A DNA stretch of 57,850 bases, the filler included, from Asterionella formosa (taxonomy: Eukaryota): NCBI GenBank assembly GCA_002256025.1. It is 5 parts of 5 records of this genome, joined end to end, with 100 filler letters (N's around TTAATTAATTAA, not from the genome) between each part and the next. Parts side by side here need not be neighbours in the genome. Positions count along the whole stretch, not along the records: positions 1 to 11,505 come from NKIB01008422.1; positions 11,606 to 23,105 come from NKIB01008423.1; 3 more parts are not named here. One strand, 5' to 3'. Of the stretch, positions 1-11,956 are shown one piece after another. The notes under the pieces are model-generated. The model was given only the letters and a program-made list of their open reading frames with translations, ran no database searches and was not told the origin of the DNA. Position 1 is the stretch's first letter. Each line of letters starts with the position of its first letter. Made by a program: the position numbers and the translations under genes.

Positions 1-390
1 CTTATAGATTTACTTGACAAACCATCAAAGCCACGACCGTTTATAGTGAGCTCTTAGTGAGTAAAATAACTACCAGGTACTCCGGAGTAGTACCAGGTAC
101 CGGTGTATTAAGTACAGCAGGACTTCGTCGTCAACAACGGCAATGCCGCGCCATCCTTCGTCGCCCGTTGTTTGGATCCTGGTAATATAACGGCATCTGT
201 GTAGCAAATTCCTATACAGTACTGTCTAGGCGGCACCTCGTAAATGGTACCGGTACCCCTACCGACGTAGCACATGATGTTGAGGATAGTCCATCATTTA
301 AAAATTTACTGTGCCTGTGTCACCTCTGCATCAACGAGTCTCATTCGAAGAAGGTGGTGTGGAATTATTTTGATCGTTCCGCGTTTTGTC

Positions 391-2280
391 ATGGCACCTG
401 CATCACCTGCATCTCTTCCGTCGGTTGCCGTCGCTGGAGCCGCCAAGATTTTGAGAGGCAAGAGAACGGGGAAAATATTTAGCAGCAAGGGCACCGTCTC
501 AACGAAAGAAAATGGAATTGAAGATTTGAATGAATTCTGGGACGCAGCGAAAACCCCGAAAGCGGATTCGGAAAAGACGAAACAAGTCAATCCAGTTCCC
601 GCTGAAAAATTAACGTCACGGAAACCAAGGTTCTCGTTGCCTGGAGTTAATGACGATGACGATAGTCCTGGCGACTTCAACGTTAGCAAGTACCTCTCAC
701 GGGCAATCGCCACGAACCAAAAGAAAGACACCTGGAGTCCAGGCGATCTTTCTCTTGTATCAACTCTGCCTCCGACGCCTGCGACTCATCAGCCCGTGGA
801 ACCCGAAGAGGTCCGTGCCTTTGCAGGAGAAGAAGAGGAAATGGCTTTGCCCCTGGCGAGTCGATTGAGTGTGGACAGTCCTGCTGCGTCCTTGCCTTCA
901 CCCCAAGCTGATTTTACCACGGACGACGACGATGACGACATGGTGCCTCCGCCGCCTCCTCACGACGACGAACGCGTTTCTGATTTGGAAGAGACACAAG
1001 ACGATCCGCAGTATTCCACTGCTGATGCCGTGGATTTTCCCAACAATACCAACGACGATGATATGGACGATGACAATGAAGGCCCTGGATTCAATATGGT
1101 GCAGGACCCTCAAACTCCAGACTTTACCAACGAAAAGCGCACGCAACAAGAAGAGAAACAGAGTCAGGAACCAGAAGTGGAGATGGAAGAAACTATAGAT
1201 CCGAAGAAGAGTAAACGAGGCCGTCCCAAATCAATAAAAGGCAAAAACTCTGCTTCTAGTCGTCCCAAGAGTTATAAAGACGCCGACTCCGTTGCTAGCA
1301 CCCCTGGCACGAAGCACGTAACAAAGGGAAAACAAATCAAAAAAGTGTATTGGTCGCCTGTTGGCTACCAATCCGGTCCTCGCGAGTACAGGCCCGTTCC
1401 CATATCAGACTACAAGGAGTCACCTGATTTGGACGGTCCACGTAGGTCAAGACGTGCCAAGATTCCTCCGCTTCAATTCTGGAAAAATGAACGAGTTGAA
1501 TTCGGCGCCCACAACGAGAGCGGTGAGCTTGGAAACGCCATGGGATGCATGCCCGCAGCGACTGCCGTCGTGCAGGCCCTTCCAACGCCATATAGGAAAC
1601 GGAAGGTTCCTCTTGGCGGAGGATTTACTGCGAAAAATAGTAGCCAGAGAGAGCCTCCTTTTGATAACAAGAAGCTTAAGAAACAATTAAGTATTATTGA
1701 TGGAGAAGATGCTCATATTTGGGACGAATGCATTGAAGATGCTAGAGATCAGAGTAAGTGGAAATGGTCGGCGACAGCTGTATTTTATGGCATGAAGTAG
1801 GCGCTAACCACAAACCTTTCTCTTTTTGAAACAGAGGTTGTGTCTTACGCGAACAAGTTAACAATTACAGACTTGCCGCTTCCCAGAACACGGAAAAAAT
1901 CGGAAGGAAAGATTGTGGGAAAAGCAGCTCAGTCATTCAATATCCCGTCAGACGAAAATGATCAATATGTTGGTTACATCATGGGCAACTTGATTTTGCC
2001 TCCTCATGGCATCAAGGACCCCGAGTCGACTGGCTCTTGTTCTCAAGTATTTACTGTATGTACGGGACAACCTGGTTCTGTAGAAGTCGCTTTCAGTGAT
2101 CCCCACGAAGAAGAAGGGACACTTAACCCCGAAACTGCACAACGCTTCCTCCTCGGTCCAGGTGACCAGTTTCGAGTCCCTCCCGGCAATTGCTATCGAC
2201 TGCAAAACCACTCCAAGTCGACAAATTGCCTGTTGGCATGGACTATTATTCGCCCGCGTAGAGTTTCAGCATCACCGTGA
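391..2280 (+). CDS. CENPC: Centromere protein C (CENP-C/Mif2); join(391..1753,1835..2280)
   Basis: CENP-C motif RRSRRAKIPPLQFWKNERVEF; Mif2-like N-terminus (GKRTG...GIEDLNEFW); AT-hook-like KRGRPK; C-terminal cupin (GNLILPPHGIK...FRVPPGNCYRLQN). Intron 1754..1834 (GTAAGT...GCTAAC...ACAG) joins ORFs 274..1800 and 1840..2280 in frame. ATG 391 chosen as likely start. Confidence 0.88.
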
Positions 2281-4126
2281 ATAGGTAGTTGTTAGATTGG
2301 GGGAAAGGGTTGTACACTATTAACCTACTTTAATTAGTAATGAAGTAAGTCAATGAGAAGAGAAAGAATTTTGCTTGTGATTGCAAAACTACAAGAAGAG
2401 CGATTGAACAATCAGAAATCTCAGCATTTGGTGGATTGACTGAAGGCATCAAGCAAGGGAGGGTATTACAAGAAGGAAGCATGGCAAAGTTAAGTTTTTA
2501 GGCTTGATTACCGGTAATGATAGTTATTACCTCTATATCCATATCAGAAACCAGAAAGCAAGAAACCTATTGTGTACTAATTATTGGGAGCGATAGATGA
2601 TATATGTGCATAAAATAAGGGCAGGTCTTAACAGAGATTTAAAAAAATTCTTTCAGAAAAAAGAATCTTTACAGCTCAGTAATGGAAAAACAGTTAGCTG
2701 TTTCTTCATGTCTTCGCAAACATGTGCATCAGACTCAGCATTCGAATTTTGTCACTATTATTACTTGGCATGAAATGTCACAAAGGAGAAAGACTTATTT
2801 CCATTGCAACGGCAACACTGGTCAACAAAATGAAATGCTAACCCTCATGACGCTAACTCACCTGCTCTGAAAAAAACGCATCAGGCCTCCGGTTTGGGAG
2901 TACAGTTCCAGAAGATGCACTGTTGTCACACTGTACCAGATGCTAGCAAAACGATCGATTGGGTAGTTTGTCATTTCACAATGATGTCTGACTAGATAGA
3001 AATGTGGTGTGTAGTGAATGTTAAGAAGCTGGTAGACCTGCACAGTACCAGGTACCCCCAATAAAAGGTTTGATGGGAGACCATCTATCTGTACAAACAT
3101 GGAAAACAATGAAAATGGATCAGCATTGCTTGCACGGAAAGAAAAAACCTTTCTGTTGTTCGTCTAGGAAGGAAGCCTTGCTCTTGTAGGTGGTAGAAAG
3201 GGAAAATATTACTATGTATGATCATTGAGTGTAAAACTAGCTTCCGATAGTATAACAAGCATGAGCAAACTGTCAAAACATGAAAACACATCAACTGCCG
3301 GTAGCTTGAACTGTCGAACATAACAAGTGACCTCTTATGGAGTGTTTGATACCCTGGTACCAGGTACCTGCAAGTTGCGGTCAATTTGCTGAAATGAACA
3401 ACATGACGCAGGACAGGCACTCAAAACGACTAAACAGAGAATGTCATCAACTCTCTCTTTAAGTCGACAATATCACAACTTGTTGGTGATGTAAATAATT
3501 ATTACGTCTAACCACGGAAACATCGAAACAAGGCAAATGGCTGAAAAAAGAAAATGACAATGACTGGGTTAATAAAGGGGCGGCCAAAAGCAAAAGTAAG
3601 CAAATCTTGTTGCTAAAATTGCTTTATTCTCTCCAAACTCAAAATCGCTTTCTTATTCTGGCCGAAGTGATGAATACAACCAATAATGAACAAATCTATA
3701 TCAATTAGGATTTGAAATATTAGCATGCTAGCATTATCGTATGTAACAACTGGTGGCACCAATAGCATGATGGAGTATGGAGTAACTGTCTACCAGGTAG
3801 TTGTTGTGAGTGGCTGGAGTATGCATGGTGCATCATGTATCATGTTTTCTCAGCAGTGACTGTGACGAAATAAACGAATATCTCCATGGAAAATGAAAAT
3901 GACACTTTGGTAGTAGTAGGTACATATATTAAGAACGATATAGAAAATAAAATCATAAAAGAATAGTTGTAATAACTCTAATATTGACAACGAAAATTAA
4001 AATAGCCGATAGCACATTTCTTAATAAAATTTATACATTCACAGTTCATAACAACAATGCTATCAGCAGATTCAACACTTTCACAGTTGCTGTAAAACGA
4101 CTACAAAGACGACTAAACAATAACTA

Positions 4127-5063
4127 NNNNNNNNNNNNNNNNNNNNNNNNNNNNNNNNNNNNNNNNNNNNNNNNNNNNNNNNNNNNNNNNNNNNNNNNNN
4201 NNNNNNNNNNNNNNNNNNNNNNNNNNNNNNNNNNNNNNNNNNNNNNNNNNNNNNNNNNNNNNNNNNNNNNNNNNNNNNNNNNNNNNNNNNNNNNNNNNNN
4301 NNNNNNNNNNNNNNNNNNNNNNNNNNNNNNNNNNNNNNNNNNNNNNNNNNNNNNNNNNNNNNNNNNNNNNNNNNNNNNNNNNNNNNNNNNNNNNNNNNNN
4401 NNNNNNNNNNNNNNNNNNNNNNNNNNNNNNNNNNNNNNNNNNNNNNNNNNNNNNNNNNNNNNNNNNNNNNNNNNNNNNNNNNNNNNNNNNNNNNNNNNNN
4501 NNNNNNNNNNNNNNNNNNNNNNNNNNNNNNNNNNNNNNNNNNNNNNNNNNNNNNNNNNNNNNNNNNNNNNNNNNNNNNNNNNNNNNNNNNNNNNNNNNNN
4601 NNNNNNNNNNNNNNNNNNNNNNNNNNNNNNNNNNNNNNNNNNNNNNNNNNNNNNNNNNNNNNNNNNNNNNNNNNNNNNNNNNNNNNNNNNNNNNNNNNNN
4701 NNNNNNNNNNNNNNNNNNNNNNNNNNNNNNNNNNNNNNNNNNNNNNNNNNNNNNNNNNNNNNNNNNNNNNNNNNNNNNNNNNNNNNNNNNNNNNNNNNNN
4801 NNNNNNNNNNNNNNNNNNNNNNNNNNNNNNNNNNNNNNNNNNNNNNNNNNNNNNNNNNNNNNNNNNNNNNNNNNNNNNNNNNNNNNNNNNNNNNNNNNNN
4901 NNNNNNNNNNNNNNNNNNNNNNNNNNNNNNNNNNNNNNNNNNNNNNNNNNNNNNNNNNNNNNNNNNNNNNNNNNNNNNNNNNNNNNNNNNNNNNNNNNNN
5001 NNNNNNNNNNNNNNNNNNNNNNNNNNNNNNNNNNNNNNNNNNNNNNNNNNNNNNNNNNNNNNN
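4127..5063. other. Intra-scaffold assembly gap
   Basis: Run of N. Confidence 0.99.
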
Positions 5064-6107
5064 AGACAGATTGATAGAGTTCCATTTTAAAAAAATATGA
5101 TATTTAAAGTCAACGTTTATACTTTTTCTACATTGCTGTATGGAGACTTAATTTTGCTCAATGCCAAAACACATAAATAAATTAGGAGTATGCCAACATG
5201 TATGCTCATGGCTCCTGTTTATACATTGATAATGAATCTAGGTTGCTGTTTGTAGTTTCAATATCACTCCATGCACAAAGGTATATACCGGTATGTAAAT
5301 CAGTACCGGAGTCCCAGAGTAATGGTATTTCGGTACTTGGAGCACCAGGTACCAGTAGTACACAATATTGGTTCATCATGATGGAGGACAGGATGTACTA
5401 CCGGTAGTACCGGTACTGATTTTACCAACCAGGATTCAGTACATCTAATATGTGTTGTTCCATTGTGGCTGGCAAGATTTTACAAGTCCGGGATACTTCA
5501 GCGAATCTGAAGCAGGTGAATAAATTCAATTCGACCAATCAGATTATGTGTAGTGACGCAGGAACTTACTCTGGGGTCTTTTCGGCCTGAGAATTATTCA
5601 GCAAAACATACTTACACAAGACTCCTAGTATATGAGAACGTTTTTGCACATACAAATTCTGATTCCAATATTTTGGTGACTGTTGGAAAAGCCAATTGGG
5701 TCGACTTTTTGGAGGAGGATTGCTCTACATCTGCGGGGTTTCATGAAGAATGAAATAGAATGCTGCATACCCTAAAACGTCAGGAGTTAACTTCTGCAGA
5801 GAAGTGGCAGTTATCCCTCTTAGATTTTTTTAAAAGCTTGATGGCCCCCTTTTTTGAGTATTTTTTGGATAGTTTTTAACTGCCACTTCTGTCTAGAAAT
5901 GAGGTCCTTACCATATCTGTGTATAGATCATACCCCTAAGTTGACCCATGACTGTATCTAAGCATATGCGAAATGGTCGTATTGGTGAAAGCTAATTTTA
6001 CCTTTAACTATTTTATTTCGTTGTACATACTGTGTGGATTGAAGTACATAATAAAATTATTTTGGAAAAAAACAGACCTCGTGATGTGTAACTGCGGGGC
6101 CGCAACC
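5064..6107 (-). mobile_element. Non-autonomous TTAA-flanked TIR element (Kolobok-like), copy 1; other end lost in gap
   Basis: Reverse-complement homology along its length to 14351..16496; ends GGGGCCGCAACC|TTAA. Confidence 0.8.
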
Positions 6108-7242
6108 TTAAGCAAAATGACCGCAACTTGCAGGTACCTCGAGATACAAATATATAGATACACGGTACATTCAAGTCTACGTACGTTAGAGTACAACTTA
6201 AAAATACCATAATAATGACTCTCGACACGCGCATCACACATGGTGAGGCGATTGGATACCTTCGAGTATCATTATCCCGAAAACACAAAAACCATACAGA
6301 AAACAAAAAACCGCTCCTTCGGTGAGTGAAGCACGTTACTTGAACCATCCTTTCCTTGCAGCTCCTTTAACAATCTTTGGATCTGTGCATCGCAAAGCTT
6401 TGTAAATCTTTGCACAATCGAAATATTCCCCCGTGGTTTCAATTTCCTGCCTCGTCAATTGTCATTCCCCCTTGTTTGGAAATGTTTTCCCTATGACTGA
6501 CTCGTACGACTAAACGGGGTTTTCGTAGAAATGTAACGCGTACATACCGATATTCATTGTTGCAATTCTGTTCCTTTTTCTACGTGTTGTTTCTACCGAT
6601 TTACGGGACCAACCACGTCGATCATTTCTCAGAACTACCGGTACGGTTGGGCAGTTGTATTTTTTGTTCATGTTCTTATCCGGCCATCCAAGCGTTTTAC
6701 TTGGGATTTGAAAGAAGCCTAAGATTCGTGGCGTTCTGATCGTCACCTCGTTCATCCAATCGGGGCGCTTGTTCCTCGTCAACGGTTATTCGAGCGTTTT
6801 CGAACAAATGCTTTGTTGTTCCAGACAGCGGACTAACTCGAAAATCCCTTCGCTCCATCTGCCTTTTCCATTGTCCTTCACGCCTAGTGCTTCGATCTAC
6901 CCTTGCCCAAGCTCCTCAATCTATACGACTCTCAAGCGGTTGGCGCTTGCTTTCGATTGCGTGCTGTGTCCTGTTGCGGTCGATCGGTCTCAAGAACTAC
7001 CGGTAGTCGACAGAAAAGTAGGGATCCCCCACATATGATCAGAATCGGATCTTGACAGACTTTTTTGTCATTGTACTACCATTACAGCTGTTGCGGGCTT
7101 TTGCAACGTAATTACTCTCGTTGCCAGAAACAGGCGTGTAGAAGAGGCATTTCTTTTCTTGTGACATACTGGCCAAGTCGACTCGCAAGAAGGAATCTAC
7201 TACCGCATTCGATTTCACGTCTGGATTTTCTGATCAACTGCG

Positions 7243-9183
7243 ATGTCAGGCTTAGTGCTTTATAACCAGAATGATGCAGTCGAACAATGTCGTGATTTCC
7301 TGCGAACCGGTCGATGCAAATACGGTGCATCGTGCAAATTTGATCATCCCTCAAACGTACAGAGTGGCGGCGGCATCAAAGCACCGGTTGATCCTTCAGA
7401 ACCGCAATTCCCTGTTCGACCCAATGAACCCGTTTGCCAATATTATACCAAACACGGGACCTGCAAGTTTGGTCAGGCGTGCAAATTTAATCATCCGCCA
7501 CAGTCGGCGCTATGTGGAGTTGGCGGTGGGAAACCAGGGTTGTCGCAAGTTCCACAGAACATAGTGATGGAGCAGGCCGGTGGTGGGGATCAGACAATAA
7601 TGCTTCAACTGCTACCGCAACGTCCAGATGAACCTGACTGTATCTATTTTTTACGAAATGGACGATGCAAATATGGTGCTACATGTCGCTACCATCACCC
7701 AGTCAATTATCAGCAACGAAAGCTTACAGAGCACGGTAGGAGGCAAGTGCATTCAACTACACATGTTAGCAATGACGGGACAGTGCTGCAAAGCCAGCTG
7801 GTGGAAAACCTTCGTGGAAATGTTCAATATGTGACAACACAACGACCCCAGATGGGTTACTCACAACAACGGGTCGTTCAAACATCATCTGGTGCTCACG
7901 TCCTCGTGCAAGAGACTCCCGTAACAGTGATTCATGTAAACAGCACCGGTCAGCAAAGCTACCGACAAGTACATGTTTCTCAAGGAAGGGATTACAACGA
8001 AGTCGGTATGGAATACCAAACTCCTATTCGTGAGCCCTTGACTTCTGGAACTGGTTTGTCACGAGAACGAGCTACAAGTTCATCATCACTTGCCTCCTCG
8101 TACGGCACTGCATACGATCATCCTCAAGAGTTGTCTGCAGGTGACAATGGATTTTGGAATGTTTCCAACAGTAGGTCTTTCAGTGGAGGAAACCTCAGTT
8201 CAAACGACCTGCACCAACAACGAAACCAACAAACGAGCCATGGGGGTGGTCGTGTTGCCCCTAATAGCAGTGACAGCAATTTCGCATTTCGTCGGAGTCG
8301 AGCAGCTTCTCTTGGAAGTACTGGCGATCATTCCCAATACCATGATGCTTCGAATGGAATTGGTTGGTCAAACAGTGGGCACCCTCAGTCTCTTCCGTCA
8401 CATTTTGAAACGCAAACCTGGATTGAGAACAGTTTATATGATTCTACTGACCAGCTTTATCGGAGTAGGAATCAGGCTTTTTCTAACCAGGGTCGATATG
8501 ATGGCTATGAAGATGATCGCCATCAATACCTTCCTGATCATTCACGACATCAACCACCTCGACAGCTGCAAAGCTCTGGTTATTTGCATGACAAACAACA
8601 TCAGCAGCAGCATCATGGAGGTGTCGACCAAGGTCTGTCCATGATGACTGACGCTCTACTGACAATGCTAGACACGCCTGAAGATTTATCCAAGGGGAAA
8701 ATGCGACAGTCGACGTCATTTTCGACAGTACCTACTGTAACTTCTCCTACTTCCACTCCTCAAAGTGTCCTCATGGGTACTCCTCAAGAACCCGTTCCGT
8801 TAGACGACAGTCTCATGCCACCCTGGGCGGGGAACCAGATTTATCCTCAAGACGGAAGGGCAACTCTTGTCTACACGACATCAGGCCCTTCCTACCAGAA
8901 TCAATCTATGTCGTCGCTGAACGAGGAGGACCCACCACATTCGTTCTCATCTAATGCAAAGCTGTCTGTAGGCGCCACGTACTTTTCCAACGGCGTTAAC
9001 CAATATGAACATCATTCTGGAATTGAAAAGGGCCTGGAGACGAGGTGGTCACCAAGTTGGCAGGAACATCTGTCACTTGGCCAACATCTTGACCAGAATG
9101 CTCAAGGCATGTCCGTTCTCCAATCAAGGCAGAGTGGACCTTCTTCACCCAACTCTTCTGACGTTGGCCTATATCTACCATAG
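7243..9183 (+). CDS. Triple CCCH zinc-finger (C-x8-C-x5-C-x3-H) RNA-binding protein with long disordered Q/S/G-rich tail
   Basis: CRDFLRTGRCKYGASCKFDH, CQYYTKHGTCKFGQACKFNH, CIYFLRNGRCKYGATCRYHH with PxRP lead-ins; 646-aa ORF. Confidence 0.9.
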   Translation: MSGLVLYNQNDAVEQCRDFLRTGRCKYGASCKFDHPSNVQSGGGIKAPVDPSEPQFPVRPNEPVCQYYTKHGTCKFGQACKFNHPPQSALCGVGGGKPGLSQVPQNIVMEQAGGGDQTIMLQLLPQRPDEPDCIYFLRNGRCKYGATCRYHHPVNYQQRKLTEHGRRQVHSTTHVSNDGTVLQSQLVENLRGNVQYVTTQRPQMGYSQQRVVQTSSGAHVLVQETPVTVIHVNSTGQQSYRQVHVSQGRDYNEVGMEYQTPIREPLTSGTGLSRERATSSSSLASSYGTAYDHPQELSAGDNGFWNVSNSRSFSGGNLSSNDLHQQRNQQTSHGGGRVAPNSSDSNFAFRRSRAASLGSTGDHSQYHDASNGIGWSNSGHPQSLPSHFETQTWIENSLYDSTDQLYRSRNQAFSNQGRYDGYEDDRHQYLPDHSRHQPPRQLQSSGYLHDKQHQQQHHGGVDQGLSMMTDALLTMLDTPEDLSKGKMRQSTSFSTVPTVTSPTSTPQSVLMGTPQEPVPLDDSLMPPWAGNQIYPQDGRATLVYTTSGPSYQNQSMSSLNEEDPPHSFSSNAKLSVGATYFSNGVNQYEHHSGIEKGLETRWSPSWQEHLSLGQHLDQNAQGMSVLQSRQSGPSSPNSSDVGLYLP

Positions 9184-11005
9184 ACAAATACTTCATTCCC
9201 CATACAGAGACTTGAATACACGAACAATTGCTTTGGTATCTGTGAAACAGCTATTTCCATCTTATTTCGCTAAGGGTCTATCTCCCAGAGTCTTGCAGGA
9301 TGCACTGTGGCTATTATTATGCATCCCGAACGCTTCTCCGCTTGCATCATTTTGACAATTTTTGCGAAAAGCCACTGTGCAAGTTGCCAATTTTGTTGCC
9401 AAATTACTCTACATAGTACAGAACCATGTGTGCACATGAAGACATTATATGTAAACTAGCGCTCCCCAGTTTGTGTCTACAATTTTGTATAGATCCTACT
9501 AAGAAAGATGACAAATACATACAACTGTTCTTGGTGACCTCCTACCAAATGTAAAGCAGTGGTATGTATTCTTTGTTCAAGCACACCTCATTGCTAATAG
9601 TATATTTTGGAAAAAGGCATCCATAGTGGCACTGACTCATTGGTTGTCACTCCTCCTATATGGGTATTGCAAGAATATTCTTGCTTTGGTTTCAAGTGTA
9701 AAGCAAAGACTATGAATAGGCATGTCATACAAACTAACACATTGTCATTGCACCTTTCAGTGGCTTACAAGAATGCATTGAATTACCAGGATGCAATGTA
9801 TGCTGCACTAAACCAAAAATGGAATACACTCGTCTGCATCACACATGTGCAGTTGTAGCTGACATTACGACTTCTGCATTTCTTGATGTAGCGCAATGAC
9901 CAGTGCTACTAGAATGTAAAATCAATACTTCTATAAGTTTCCTCAACTCATCCCCATTCTTGCCCAGCTGGTAAAGCATGAAAAATGAGAATCATATATA
10001 CTGGTATTTGGACTGGCTGCTTATTCTGTTGGTTTCGCTTGCTGACTAGCTAAAACCAAGCAATACATACTAGTATAAGCAGTTGGTACTAGACTACAGA
10101 AGTACAGTAGCAGATTAAGGTGCAACAAATGGCTGCATGTTCCACAGAGGAAAAATCCGAAATTTTCAAAATGACCTCCAGACCCTCGGGACCTGGTACA
10201 AATGGTATGGACCTAGTGGTGCTACTGTCAGTCTAAAACTAGTGCTCTGTCCATAATTTAGTTCACCGATTCAGAGAAACTTAGGGCCATTCTTATCATT
10301 TTTCATTTGTTATCACTTCATTTGAAAAGGTATCAGCAACAAATACTCAATTTGAACTGAAAATGCTCCATTCCACATGAAATTGCATCACTTCCAATGT
10401 AGCATAGCTATAAGGATGTATCATGGTGTATCACTGATTTTCATTTGCGACAGGCCAGAAAAGATCACTATGTTATTTTACTTCCAGACTTTTTTCTGGT
10501 CAACCAACAGAAGTATATAATATAAAATAATATAAAACTCATATGAACCATAGCAAAAATTGCTCTTGGAGCTTGCGGTATTGGCTTTGTATGAAACATG
10601 GATTTTTGGTGATAAACACCTCAAACATGCATGCTAATTATATCGTCGCCTCTGGGAGTAATTAACGACAGTCATGATCATCTAAGCCGCTTATTACGTG
10701 GCAACGCTTCATGTAAATAAGCCTATTTGATTTTGATTTGATCTCATGAATTATTTGAATACATCAAAGTGCATGATTGATATATCATGTTTGTGTTGTC
10801 GCTTTGCTCCTCTAGCTAGTAGTTGTATCAAATGATTGCTGTCTGACGCACTGTTTCTTTATAAATCTTCTCAGGTCAATGAAGAAGCCACTTCAAGGAC
10901 AAGAAGGAAGAAGCCAGTGTGGTGCCTTCACCAATACACACCCTTTCCATTTGCTTACATACAGTCTTGGGACAAAGTAGGGGTGTAGGTCCACTCTATA
11001 TATCG

Positions 11006-11161
11006 TCAGTATATAGGATCTGGTCAGAAACTGCAGAAAGGAACTTCGGTTTTTTAACTATGCTAAAAAGACTCCAAAAATCGGGGGAAATCTGTTTATT
11101 TGGGCATAGTAAAAAAACCGAAGTTCCTTTCTGCAATTTCTCGCCAGAAGTTTTATACTGA
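11006..11161. repeat. Long inverted repeat (fold-back), ~58-bp arms, ~40-nt loop
   Basis: TGCAGAAAGGAACTTCGGTTTTTTAACTATGC pairs with GCATAGTAAAAAAACCGAAGTTCCTTTCTGCA; imperfect pairing extends outward. Confidence 0.85.
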
Positions 11162-11505
11162 TGCTATTTGACAGTTACTTATGTATCTAAATCGCCGTCA
11201 GACCCAGCCAACGTTTAGCTATTGTCGTCCAAAAATTCGAACAAATCGGCCTTTTCTACGGTCGCCAAAATATCGGAATCAGAATTATTAAGTGCGGAAA
11301 CATCATCATCGGAATGGTAGTCGTGTGCCGGAATTTTTAGTCCTAAAATCTCCTGTCCGGAAAACTCCATTGTAAGTGGCCGCTTCCACATATATAATAT
11401 GATTGGTGAACATGAATTACATTCCTCTGTTTGATTGGCCTGGTTTGCGAGGTCTTGCAAACCCACGCCGGCCACATTGGATAAACATGTAAAATTTTCT
11501 TGGGT

Positions 11506-11605
11506 NNNNNNNNNNNNNNNNNNNNNNNNNNNNNNNNNNNNNNNNNNNNTTAATTAATTAANNNNNNNNNNNNNNNNNNNNNNNNNNNNNNNNNNNNNNN
11601 NNNNN
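11506..11605. other. Artificial scaffold linker 1
   Basis: N44-TTAATTAATTAA-N44 (stops in all six frames). Confidence 0.97.
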
Positions 11606-11956
11606 GTCTGGTTGACTACTAGGAGGCTGACATGGCCGCGTACCAACTGGGGCTCGATGCAAAAGACGAGCGCTGTCGTCACCCACAGGTTCTCCACAGC
11701 AGGGATCCAGTTTTCGGTCGATTTGTTCTCCTTGAAGAAAGAAATGTCTCTCGCTCTGCTGATATCTCGGGTGGTTTCGTCCATGCGTCTTTTCTCCGTT
11801 CCAGCTATTCGTGTGTCCACGTTCACGAGAATCGCGGTTAGGTCGCTTCCGTTTCAAGTCAAAGCTCCTTTTCGAACTACTAACAGCCTCTCCATCCTCA
11901 TTTGTGCTACTTTGGCGCCTAAATGGAGATGACTCCTCTGAGGTAGTCGCTACCAT
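11606..11956 (-). CDS. 5' fragment of a hypothetical gene truncated at scaffold edge (MVATTSEESSPFRRQ...)
   Basis: Open frame from ATG 11956 into the linker; CpG-retaining gene-like composition; KRKRP NLS-like stretch; GGTACC cluster upstream. Confidence 0.4.

Larger units (their letters stand above)
3367..6134. mobile_element. TA-flanked TIR element (Tc1/mariner-type MITE family A), spanning an assembly gap and hosting a Kolobok-like insertion
   Basis: Left TA|CCTGCAAGTTGCGGTCAATTTGCT, right AGCAAAATGACCGCAACTTGCAGG|TA; same TIR at 32523..33259. Pairing of the two ends across the N gap is inferred. Confidence 0.6.

Noticed and set aside
3984..5090. Long ORFs of 368 and 334 aa (also 48555..49793 and 49040..49741)
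   Set aside because: Almost entirely N read-through
10115..10290. TTAA-GG start of another Kolobok-like element
   Set aside because: No matching right TIR found
11550..11561. TTAATTAATTAA as a biological periodic motif every ~11.6 kb
   Set aside because: Always centred in exactly 44+44 N; it is a six-frame-stop linker
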